DNA of 45,785 nt. Source: a bacterium. GTDB taxonomy: Bacteria > Elusimicrobiota > Elusimicrobia > UBA1565 > UBA9628. The notes under the pieces were generated by a model. The model was not told the origin of the DNA. It saw nothing but the letters and a program-made list of their open reading frames with translations, and did no database searches. Location: assembly GCA_021783355.1 (NCBI GenBank), contig JAJXTZ010000002.1:1-45785 (forward strand), in the 5' to 3' direction. Each line of letters starts with the position of its first letter. Position 1 is the first letter of the stretch. The translations under genes were made by a program, and so were the position numbers. This document shows, piece by piece, positions 21,481 through 29,511 of the stretch.

Positions 21481-22482
21481 ATGGAATACAGGCTTTTCTT
21501 CATCGGACTGGCGATGGGCGCCTTCGCGTGGTTCTCCCGCGGCTGGCAGAAGGAGGGTGGTCCGGACACGCCGCTGAAGTCCGCGTTGTGGCACGCCCTG
21601 TTCTTTTTCCTCGCCGGCTTCTCGGCCGCGATGATCCTGGCGATGTCGTCGGAGTCGCGGTCGCAGTACATCTCCGTTGCGGCCTACGTCCTCTCCGTCG
21701 GCGAGGTCTATCCGGGCCTCGTCGCGGGGCTGGCGCTCGGCGCGTTCGGCTTCTGGCGGGCCTGGTCCAAGGGCGAGAGCGTGGAGAGCCGCCGTTATTT
21801 CCTCAGCGAGGACGCCGAGTGGGCGGACACGGTGTTCTCCGCGGCGCTGATGGCGTCGCTGTTGATGATCTTCGTCGTGCAGGCCTTCAAGATCCCGTCC
21901 GGCTCGATGGAGAACACGCTTCTCATCGGCGACCACCTGTTCGTCAACAAGTTCCTCTACGGCGTCCGCGTGCCGGTCTCCGGCAAGCGCGTGCTGGCCG
22001 TTCGGCCTCCGGAACGCGGCGACGTGATGGTCTTCGAGTTCCCGGTGCACGACCTGACCGAGCTGCACTGCGGCTCCGTCCAGTACGGCAAGGACTTCAT
22101 CAAGCGCGTGATCGGACTGCCCGGCGAGACCGTCGCGGTGCGCGCCGGCCGCGTGTACATCAACGGCAAGCTCCTCGCCGACGAGCCGTACGCGGTCTAC
22201 AAGGACTCGTACCGCCAGCCGGAGTCGGTCCACGCCAAGGAGCTCTCCCCCGAGCGCTACCAGACGCTCTGGCAGGAGCACCACCTCGACATGGAGCTCC
22301 AGGACATCCAGCGCGACTACTTCGGGCCGGTCAAGGTCCCGCCGCACTCGTATTTCATGATGGGCGACAACCGCGACCGCTCCTGCGACTCGCGCTACTG
22401 GGGTCCGGTCCCGGAGAAGGACGTGAAGGGCAAGGCCTGGTTCATCTACTGGCCTCCGGGCCGCATGGGCGCGGTCCGCTGA
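21481..22482 (+). CDS. lepB: signal peptidase I
   Basis: 333 aa from ATG 21481. PSGSMENTLLIGDHLFVNKF (catalytic Ser), KRVIGLPGE (Lys box) and GDNRDRSCDSRYWGPV. Unusually long multi-TM N-terminal region. Confidence 0.9.
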   Translation: MEYRLFFIGLAMGAFAWFSRGWQKEGGPDTPLKSALWHALFFFLAGFSAAMILAMSSESRSQYISVAAYVLSVGEVYPGLVAGLALGAFGFWRAWSKGESVESRRYFLSEDAEWADTVFSAALMASLLMIFVVQAFKIPSGSMENTLLIGDHLFVNKFLYGVRVPVSGKRVLAVRPPERGDVMVFEFPVHDLTELHCGSVQYGKDFIKRVIGLPGETVAVRAGRVYINGKLLADEPYAVYKDSYRQPESVHAKELSPERYQTLWQEHHLDMELQDIQRDYFGPVKVPPHSYFMMGDNRDRSCDSRYWGPVPEKDVKGKAWFIYWPPGRMGAVR

Positions 22483-22483
22483 C

Positions 22484-23764
22484 ATGACCCGGGCGCGTCT
22501 GGCGCCGTCTTTCCTCCTGCTGGCGGGGACGGCGTCGGCGGCCGCGGCCCCGCGGGTCCTCGTCGCGCGCTGGACGGGCCCGATCACGCCGGTCTCCGCG
22601 GAGTTCGTGGACGCGGCCGTCGCGCAGGCGGGGCGGGACAAGGACGCGGCTCTGGTGCTCGAGCTCGACACGCCCGGGGGACTCGACGGCGCGATGCGCG
22701 AGTCGGTCAAGACGATCCTGGCCTCCCCGGTGCCCGTGATCGCCTTCGTGTCGCCGGCGGGGGCGCGGGCGGCCTCGGCCGGGGTATTCCTGGTCTCGGC
22801 CGCGAACGTCGCCGCGATGACGCCGGGCACCAACATCGGCGCCGCGCACCCGATCGAGCTGGGCGGGGCCCCGAGCGGCGCGCAGGGCGCGGTCATGGGG
22901 AAGAAGGTCGCCAACGACGCCGCCGCCTACCTGGCGGCGATCGCGGCGCGCCGCGGACGCAACGCGGACTGGGCGCGCTTCGTCGTTCAGCAGAGCTCGT
23001 CGATCACCGCCGAGGAGGCGGTCCGTGAGCGCGTGGTGGACCTGACCGCCGAGGACCTCCCCGACCTGTTGGCCAAGGTGGACGGCCGCAAGATCGCGAG
23101 CTTCCCGGGCCGGCTGCGCACGAAGGGCGCGGTGATCGAGCGCTACGAGCCCAGCGCGCGCCAGCGCCTGCTGATGGCGGTGGCCGATCCGAACGTGGCG
23201 ATGATCCTGATGACGCTGGGCGTCTCCGGGCTGCTGATCGAGCTCTACCATCCGGGCCTCATTCTGCCCGGGGTCGTCGGGCTCGTCTGCCTGATCTCGG
23301 CGTTCTACGCGTTCCAGGCGCTGTCGGCCAGCCTCGCGGGGGTCCTGCTGATGCTGGCCGGGATGCTGTTCCTGGTGCTGGAGATGCACGTGGTCAGCTA
23401 CGGTCTGCTGGCGGCCGCGGGGCTGGCCTCGATCCTCCTCGGCGCGGCGATGATGTTCCGCGCGGGCACGGGGCTGGCGATCGGCTGGAAGGTCCTGGCC
23501 GGGACCGTCGGCGGCTTCGCCGCGGTGTTCGGCGCGCTGACCTACACAGTGGCGCGGGCGCTGGCGGGCAAGCCGCGCGCCGGGGCGGCCGCGATGATCG
23601 GCCGGCGCGTGACGGCGACGACGGGCCTCGCGCCCCGGGGCACCGTGAGCTACGGCGGCGAGCTGTGGCGCGCGCAGAGCCTGGACGGGTCCCACCCGGC
23701 CGGCGCGGAGCTGGAGGTCGTCGCGGTCCGCGACCTGACCCTCGAGGTCCGCGCGCCGCGATGA
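22484..23764 (+). CDS. nfeD: NfeD-family membrane-bound ClpP-class serine protease
   Basis: 426 aa: signal peptide, a ClpP-like domain (LELDTPGGLDGAM, ARAASAGVFL), a central polytopic region and a C-terminal OB-like NfeD domain (GTVSYGGELWRAQS). Confidence 0.85.
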   Translation: MTRARLAPSFLLLAGTASAAAAPRVLVARWTGPITPVSAEFVDAAVAQAGRDKDAALVLELDTPGGLDGAMRESVKTILASPVPVIAFVSPAGARAASAGVFLVSAANVAAMTPGTNIGAAHPIELGGAPSGAQGAVMGKKVANDAAAYLAAIAARRGRNADWARFVVQQSSSITAEEAVRERVVDLTAEDLPDLLAKVDGRKIASFPGRLRTKGAVIERYEPSARQRLLMAVADPNVAMILMTLGVSGLLIELYHPGLILPGVVGLVCLISAFYAFQALSASLAGVLLMLAGMLFLVLEMHVVSYGLLAAAGLASILLGAAMMFRAGTGLAIGWKVLAGTVGGFAAVFGALTYTVARALAGKPRAGAAAMIGRRVTATTGLAPRGTVSYGGELWRAQSLDGSHPAGAELEVVAVRDLTLEVRAPR

Positions 23765-24678
23765 CGCCGCGACCCTGCCCCGCCTGCGGAGGGACCCGCG
23801 AGGCGGAGCTCGTCGAGCAGAGCCGCGACGCCGTGTCGGGCGTCCTCTATCGCCTGCACCGCTGCGGCTCCTGCGGCGTGGTCTTCGCGGAGCCGCGCGA
23901 CCCCGTCGCGGCGCCTGCCGCGCCGTCTCCGGCGGGAGCCGCCGTGCTGGACAGGGTCGGGACGCCCGGCAAGCTCCTGATCCTGGGGACCGCGCCGATC
24001 CTGGCCGCCGCCGCCCGCGGACGGGGCGGGGCCGTCGTCGAGGCGCCGGGTGGGGACTTGGAGGCGTTCCTCAAGTCGCGCTCTGCCAAGGAGTTCGACG
24101 CCGTCGTCCTCGCCGGCGCGCTGGAGAGCTCCCCGGAGCCGCGCGGCCTGCTCGAGGGGCTCAAGTCCGTGATCAAGCGGGGGGGGCTCCTGACCGTCAC
24201 GCTCCCGAACGCGGCGCGCCCGAGTCTCTTCCCGCGCTCGGACGAGGACCGGCCGCCGCGCGTCTTCACCCGCTGGGACGCGCGGGCGCTGAGGGCGCTG
24301 TTGGAATCGGAGGATTTCTCGGTGCTGAGCGCGGAGACGCCGGGCCCGTCGGTGCGCTGGCTCTGCGACGAGCTGTTCCGGGGCTGGCTCGCGCCCGCGG
24401 CGGAAGCCGCGGCGCGCCGGGCGTTGTTCGGCCCCGACGCGAGCGGGACGCTCGACCAGCTCTACGCGGGCGGCGCCGCGGAGGCGTCCCGTGCCGCGCC
24501 CGACGGGCTCAAGGGGTTCCTGGCCGACGCGGAGCGTCGCCGGCGCCTCGCGGACTTCACGCGGTCGGCTTTCCGGGCCGTCGCCTGGCCCGCGGGGCTT
24601 CTGTTGGCGGCGTTCTACCGCCTGCGGCGCCGGGACTCGGGCGAGCGGCTGTACGCGCTGGCCCGCTACGACGCGTAG
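23761..24678 (+). CDS. hypothetical Zn-ribbon protein with class I methyltransferase-like core
   Basis: 305 aa from ATG 23761 (ATGA overlap with nfeD). CPACGG...CGSCG forms a four-Cys ribbon. LLILGTAP...FDAVVLAGALESSPEP...LKSVIKRGGLLTVTLPN resembles Methyltransf_11/23 motifs I and post-II, but motif I is degenerate. Confidence 0.5.
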   Translation: MTPRPCPACGGTREAELVEQSRDAVSGVLYRLHRCGSCGVVFAEPRDPVAAPAAPSPAGAAVLDRVGTPGKLLILGTAPILAAAARGRGGAVVEAPGGDLEAFLKSRSAKEFDAVVLAGALESSPEPRGLLEGLKSVIKRGGLLTVTLPNAARPSLFPRSDEDRPPRVFTRWDARALRALLESEDFSVLSAETPGPSVRWLCDELFRGWLAPAAEAAARRALFGPDASGTLDQLYAGGAAEASRAAPDGLKGFLADAERRRRLADFTRSAFRAVAWPAGLLLAAFYRLRRRDSGERLYALARYDA

Positions 24679-25676
24679 CCCGACGGGTTCGCCTTCTGCC
24701 AACGCCAGTGGTCGGCGCACATCGCGTCCAAGCCCCGTGCGGCGCGCCAGCCGAGCTTGGCCCGCGCCAGCGCCGGCTCGGCCCAGATCGCCGCGGCGTC
24801 GCCGGCGCGGCGCGGGGCGATCTCGAAGGGGATGTCGCGTCCGGCGGCGCGCGACGCGGCCCGGATCACCTCCAGCACGGAACTGCCGTGGCCCGTGCCC
24901 AGGTTGACCGCTTGCGCGCCGGCGAACGAGTCCAGGCGGTCGAGCGCGGCCAGGTGGCCCAGGGCCAGGTCCGTTACGTGGATGTAGTCGCGGAGGCAGG
25001 TGCCGTCGGGGGTCGGGTAGTCGTTGCCGAACACGCGCACCTTGTCGCGCCGCCCGACGGCCGTCTGCATGACGAACGGCATCAGGTTGTTCGGCGCGCC
25101 GCGCGGGTCCTCGCCGATGCGGCCGCTGGCGTCCGCCCCGACCGGGTTGAAGTAGCGCAGCAGCGCGACCCGCCACGCCGGGTCCTTCGCGGCGCGAGCG
25201 AAGCAGAGGTCCTCGATGTCGAGCTTGGTCCGCCCGTACGGGTTCGCCGCCGCGCGCGGATGCGACTCGTCCACGGGGTTCTTCTTCACCTCGCCGTACA
25301 CCGTGCACGACGAGGAGAACACCAGGCGCCGGCAGCCGGCGGCGTCCATCGCGGCGAGCAGGTTCTCGCTGCCCGACACGTTGTTGACCCGGTAGAGCTC
25401 CGGTTTTTCCACCGACTCGCCGACCGCCTTCAGGCCCGCGAAATGGAGCACCACGTCCCAGCCCTCGCGCAGGAGGCGCGTCAGCGCCGGGGCGTCGAGC
25501 AGGTCCAGCCGCTCGAAGCGCAGCGGCTTGCCCGCAAGCTCCCGCACGCGCCGCACCGACTCCTCCGACGAGTTGGACAGATTGTCGAAGCCGGCGACCT
25601 CGTGCCCCGCCCTCAGGAGCTCCAGCGCCGCGTGGCTGCCGATGTAGCCGGAGACGCCGGTCACCAGGACTTTCAT
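24666..25676 (-). CDS. galE: UDP-glucose 4-epimerase
   Basis: 336 aa: MKVLVTGVSGYIGSH (GxxGxxG), SSSCTVYG and NPYGRTKL (YxxxK). Confidence 0.93.
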   Translation of the reverse strand: MKVLVTGVSGYIGSHAALELLRAGHEVAGFDNLSNSSEESVRRVRELAGKPLRFERLDLLDAPALTRLLREGWDVVLHFAGLKAVGESVEKPELYRVNNVSGSENLLAAMDAAGCRRLVFSSSCTVYGEVKKNPVDESHPRAAANPYGRTKLDIEDLCFARAAKDPAWRVALLRYFNPVGADASGRIGEDPRGAPNNLMPFVMQTAVGRRDKVRVFGNDYPTPDGTCLRDYIHVTDLALGHLAALDRLDSFAGAQAVNLGTGHGSSVLEVIRAASRAAGRDIPFEIAPRRAGDAAAIWAEPALARAKLGWRAARGLDAMCADHWRWQKANPSGYAS

Positions 25677-25707
25677 CGCTGACGGAAGGCGGCCATGAAA
25701 CGACGCC

Positions 25708-26904
25708 TCAAGACCGATTTCCTTTTTCGAGCCTGGGCATGATTCGCTTCATGAACCCGTCGAAGAGCGGGACCGTGAAGGCGGTGTCTCCGTGCGCGGG
25801 ACTGAAGATCATTCCTTTGGAAATCAGGGTGTTTCTCATCGGTGCGACCGTGCTCACTTTCTTGGAAAGAAGATGCGCGATGTCGCCGGAGCGGTGCGGC
25901 CCGGGTCCGAGTTCCGCCATGGCGCGCATGTACTTCTTTTCCGCCGGAGTCAGACGGTCGAAACGGACGCGGAAGAAGCTGTTGTCGAGCGCGGCCAGAG
26001 CGGCGATGGTCGCTTTTTTCGCGTCATCGACCTTTATCGGGGAACGGGCGGCGATGTCCCAACTGTGCTTACCCCACTCTTGGAGGAAATAGGGATACCC
26101 CTTCGTCTGCTCCAGGATTTCCTTCACGGCCCGGCCGTCGAACTTCGAGCCTTCTTTTTGCGCCGGCACGCAGAGCGCCTCGCGGGCGGAATCGTCGTCG
26201 AGGCTGTCGACATGCACGAATTCGAACAAGCGCTCGGCGTACGACTTCGCGCGTCCCATTTGTCCGAGCAGCTGAGGCAGACCGGCGGCGACCATGGCGA
26301 CGGGAAGTTGATTCTGGCTCGTCCGATGCAGAGCCGAGATCAGCGCGGCGAGCTGCTCTTCCTTCACGTACTGCAGCTCGTCGATGAAAAGAACCACGGC
26401 CGTTTTGTTTTCGAGAGCCGCCAGGCCGGTGTTGTTCAGGAGATCGGCGAGATCCGTTTCCAAATCCCCGCTGTCGGACAAGCCCCTTTTGGGTTCGTAA
26501 TCCATGGCGAGCTCGATGTCGCGGTATTTGACCTTCATCGCGGCGGCGAAGCCCGCCAGGGAAGAGAGAGCTTTCTCCAGGCCCGCGCGGAGCGCGTCGC
26601 CGGCGCTGAGCTTGATCAGAGACGCGCGGAGGGCGGGGGCGAGGATCGCCGGCAAGGATCGGTCCTCAGGAGCTTCGATCTGGACGCAGGAGAAGCCGCG
26701 GCCTTCTGCATCACGGCGGATGGTGTTGAGAAGGACGGTTTTCCCGACTCCGCGGAGGCCGTAAAAGATGAAGCTGCGGGCGGCGCGGCGGCTGCGTATC
26801 CGGTCCAGCGCGATGGCGGCGTTCTCGACGAGGTCGCCGCGACCCGCTAATTCTGGAGGGGGGCTTCCTGCGCCCGGCGCGTAGGGGTTCTTTCTCGGAT
26901 CCAT
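25708..26904 (-). CDS. AAA+ ATPase with C-terminal winged-helix domain (Orc1/Cdc6-like, 'archaeal ATPase'-type architecture)
   Basis: 398 aa. NPYAPGAGSPPPELAGRGDL..., Walker A GLRGVGKTVLL, Walker B VVLFIDELQYV. The C-terminal LTPAEKKYMRAMAELGPGPHRSGDIAHLLSKKVSTVAPMRNTLISKGMIF reads as a wHTH. Codon third positions are visibly less GC-biased than in neighbouring genes. Confidence 0.7.
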   Translation of the reverse strand: MDPRKNPYAPGAGSPPPELAGRGDLVENAAIALDRIRSRRAARSFIFYGLRGVGKTVLLNTIRRDAEGRGFSCVQIEAPEDRSLPAILAPALRASLIKLSAGDALRAGLEKALSSLAGFAAAMKVKYRDIELAMDYEPKRGLSDSGDLETDLADLLNNTGLAALENKTAVVLFIDELQYVKEEQLAALISALHRTSQNQLPVAMVAAGLPQLLGQMGRAKSYAERLFEFVHVDSLDDDSAREALCVPAQKEGSKFDGRAVKEILEQTKGYPYFLQEWGKHSWDIAARSPIKVDDAKKATIAALAALDNSFFRVRFDRLTPAEKKYMRAMAELGPGPHRSGDIAHLLSKKVSTVAPMRNTLISKGMIFSPAHGDTAFTVPLFDGFMKRIMPRLEKGNRS

Positions 26905-26964
26905 TTATAGTTAAGTTAGGCGGAGTTATGTTTTAAACATAATATGACCTAATTCAACTATAAA
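26904..26964. repeat. 61-bp imperfect palindrome in AT-rich spacer
   Basis: Arms TTTATAGTTAAGTTAGGCGGAGTTATGTTT and AAACATAATATGACCTAATTCAACTATAAA surround the centre T at 26934. 23 of 30 arm positions pair, with perfect outer (TTTATAGTT/AACTATAAA) and inner (TTATGTTT/AAACATAA) blocks. Confidence 0.9.
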
Positions 26965-26968
26965 TCAA
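26939..26968 (-). promoter_or_regulatory. candidate sigma70-type promoter for the AAA+ gene
   Basis: On the minus strand: TTGATT (26968-26963), 18-nt spacer, TATTAT (26944-26939). It is embedded in the palindrome. Confidence 0.45.
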
Positions 26969-26984
26969 GCCTAACCGGCGGAAG

Positions 26985-29447
26985 CTAGAACGGCGCCATC
27001 GCGCTCTGCAAGTGGTAGTACGGGGGCTTGGCGCGGTAGCGGAGGATGCACTCCTTCATGATCTCCTCGATGAAGTCCGCGTAGTTCTGGCCGATGACCT
27101 CGGCGCAGGCGGGGACGCAGTCGCCGTCGTTGATCGAGGGGTTCGGGTTGATCTCGATGATGTAGGGATTGCCGGCGTGGTCCACGCGGACCTCGATGCG
27201 GGCGTAGTCGTGGCAGTCGAAGAGGCGGTAGGCGTCCAAGCAGATCTCGGAGATCAGCGCGGTCAGCTTCTGGGTGAACTTGGCCGGGCGCTCGACGCGG
27301 ATGTTCTCGTAGACCGAGCCGCTCTCCCACTTGGCCTGGAACGGATAGATGCCCCAGGTGCCCTTGGGCAGGTCGTCGAAGATCGAGCGCGACAGCGGCA
27401 GGACTTTCACGCGCTCCTCGTTGCCGACCACGGTCACGTCCACCTCGTCGCCTTCGATGAATTCCTCGATGAGAACGGGGCGGTTGTACTTCTCGAGCAG
27501 GTGGTTGACCTGATTCTTCAGGTCCTTGAGGCTGGTCACGACGGACTGGTTCGAGATGCCGATGGAATTGTCGGTGTTGGCGAGCTTGACCATCAGCGGG
27601 TAGCGCAGGTCCTCGCGGATCGGCTCGTCCTTCTGGAACACGTAGTCGAACTTGGGCGTCGGCAGGCCGTGCTGCTCCAGGATCTCCTTGACCTTCACCT
27701 TGTCGATGCACAGCGCCAGGGTCAGCGGGTTGGAGCCGGTGTACGGGATCCCTAGACAGTCCAAGATCGCGGCGGCGTGCGGCTCCAGCAAGGACGAGTT
27801 GTTGATGCGCTCGCAGACGTTGAAGATCAGGTCCACGTTGGCGTTGGCGATCTTGTCGAACGGGAGCGGGGTCTCGTTCATGTCGAAGAAAGTCACGCGG
27901 TGGCCCTTGGACTCCACCGCCTTCTGGATGCTGCGTCCCACGGAGGTCAGGTCGGAGTGGACCGCGCCCTCCTCCGCCCCGTCCTCGGCGTCGTAGACGT
28001 TGCAGAGGATGCCCACGTGCAGGCGCTTCTTGCCCAGGTCCACGCCGCGCACGCGCTCGATGCGGGCCGACTGCAGGATGCGGCGGCGCGACACTTGCGC
28101 CGCGCCGAAGCGGTTCTTGCGCCGGGTCTTGCCCAAGGACGAGGTCGAGTCGAAGCGCGCGATCGAGACCGAGACCTGGCGCATCGCGTCCTCCAGGTTC
28201 TCCTCGGCCTCCGCGTAGGTGTCGCCGCGCCCGACCACCCAGCCCATCGTCTCGAAGCCCTCCGGGGGGACGAGCACCGCGTCGCCCGCCTCCTTGTGGA
28301 CGTTGATGTCGTGGACCTTCTCCGGGGCGGGCTTCTCCTGCGGCAGCTTCACGCCGACGACCACGCCGGAATGCTCCGGGATCATGTACTTGCCGACCAG
28401 ATGGCAGCGGGGCGCCTTCAGGCGCTTGGGCGTGCTGGGCAGGCCGACGGCGATCTTGGAGGTCTCCTCGATGAGGTCCACCTCCCACACGGTCTTGATC
28501 CAGTCGTAGAGGTAGTCGCCGCCCATGCGCGCGTTGATCTCGATGAGCTTGGGGCCGGACGGGGTGATCTTGGCCTCCAGGTGCAGCGCGCCGTTGGTCA
28601 GGCCCAGAGCGGCGACGACCTCCTTGGCCATCTTCAGCACCTCGGAGAGGTCCTTAGCCTCGTGGCGCGAAGGCATCGCGTCGCCGATCTCGACGAAGAA
28701 CGGCTCCTTCGTGGGGAAGTTGTCGGTGAACGCGTGGAACTTGATCTCGCCGCCCTGCACGAGCAGGTCCACGTCCACCTCGGCACCGTCCATGTACTCC
28801 TCGGCCAGGACGTCGGTGCCGTATTTGTAGATCGGGTCGAAGGCCGGGGTCATGTTCGTCTTGATGTAGTCGAAGGCCTTCTTCGCCTCGTCCAGGCTGT
28901 CGAGCTTGACGACGAACTGGCTCTTCACGCCCCAGGCGGGCTTGAGCACCAGCGGGAAGCCGATGCGCGCGGCCGCCTTCTCGAGGTCGGTGTGGCCGTT
29001 GATCAGCGCCCAGGCCGGCTGGTACTTGGCGAGTTTCGCGTTCTCCAGCGTCTGGCGCGTCAGGTACTTGTTGCGCGCGTTGAGCGCGGCCTGAGGCGCG
29101 TTGCCGATCCAGCCGAAGCGCTGGGACAGCGTCGCCGCCAGCGGCACCGCGTTCTCCCAGAAGGTGAGCACGCCGTCGATCTTGGTGGTCTTGACCAGCT
29201 CCTCCACCTTCGCGGCGCAGGCGACCTCGTCGAGCGGGTCGGCCTCGATGAAGCCGTCGGCCAGCTTCGAGACCCAGTTCGCCTCCGAGGCGATCAGGAT
29301 GATCTTCGGGCCCAGCTCCTTGAGGCGCTGGTAGATGAACTTCTTCTTCGGCTGGGGGCTGGCGATGACGAGCAGGGTCTTCGAGCGGAGGTCCGGGCTC
29401 GCGGTCTCGGCGGGCGCGGGCGCGGCGGCGGCGTCGGCATGGTTCAT
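26985..29447 (-). CDS. fusion of two ATP-grasp ligase modules (N: carnosine-synthase/L-amino-acid-ligase-like; C: D-Ala-D-Ala-ligase-family-like)
   Basis: 820 aa. The N half (TLLVIASPQPKKKFIYQRLKELG..., GFPLVLKPAWG, LAEEYMDGAEVDVDLL, LIEINARMGGD) reads as an ATP-grasp_4/CARNS1-like unit. The C half (HVGILCNVY..., LDCLGIPYTGSN, YPLMVKLANTDNSIGIS, LIEEFIEGDEVDVTVVG, YARIEVRVDHAGNPYIIEINPNPS) reads as a Ddl-family unit. Confidence 0.75.
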   Translation of the reverse strand: MNHADAAAAPAPAETASPDLRSKTLLVIASPQPKKKFIYQRLKELGPKIILIASEANWVSKLADGFIEADPLDEVACAAKVEELVKTTKIDGVLTFWENAVPLAATLSQRFGWIGNAPQAALNARNKYLTRQTLENAKLAKYQPAWALINGHTDLEKAAARIGFPLVLKPAWGVKSQFVVKLDSLDEAKKAFDYIKTNMTPAFDPIYKYGTDVLAEEYMDGAEVDVDLLVQGGEIKFHAFTDNFPTKEPFFVEIGDAMPSRHEAKDLSEVLKMAKEVVAALGLTNGALHLEAKITPSGPKLIEINARMGGDYLYDWIKTVWEVDLIEETSKIAVGLPSTPKRLKAPRCHLVGKYMIPEHSGVVVGVKLPQEKPAPEKVHDINVHKEAGDAVLVPPEGFETMGWVVGRGDTYAEAEENLEDAMRQVSVSIARFDSTSSLGKTRRKNRFGAAQVSRRRILQSARIERVRGVDLGKKRLHVGILCNVYDAEDGAEEGAVHSDLTSVGRSIQKAVESKGHRVTFFDMNETPLPFDKIANANVDLIFNVCERINNSSLLEPHAAAILDCLGIPYTGSNPLTLALCIDKVKVKEILEQHGLPTPKFDYVFQKDEPIREDLRYPLMVKLANTDNSIGISNQSVVTSLKDLKNQVNHLLEKYNRPVLIEEFIEGDEVDVTVVGNEERVKVLPLSRSIFDDLPKGTWGIYPFQAKWESGSVYENIRVERPAKFTQKLTALISEICLDAYRLFDCHDYARIEVRVDHAGNPYIIEINPNPSINDGDCVPACAEVIGQNYADFIEEIMKECILRYRAKPPYYHLQSAMAPF

Positions 29448-29455
29448 GGTGATAA

Positions 29456-29484
29456 AGTGTAAAGCATTCTCCGACGGGAATCAA
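29456..29484 (-). promoter_or_regulatory. candidate sigma70-type promoter immediately upstream of the double ATP-grasp gene
   Basis: On the minus strand: TTGATT (29484-29479), 17-nt spacer, TACACT (29461-29456). Only 8 nt remain before the ATG at 29447. Confidence 0.45.
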
Positions 29485-29511
29485 ATGCGTCCACGACGGG
29501 AGCGGGCGGCC

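Noticed and set aside
25677-26984. Mobile element or genomic island carrying the AAA+ gene
   Set aside because: No integrase, transposase, tRNA target or flanking direct repeats could be seen. Only the lower GC and the AT-rich spacer upstream of the gene support foreign origin, so it is reported as a finding and not called a mobile element.
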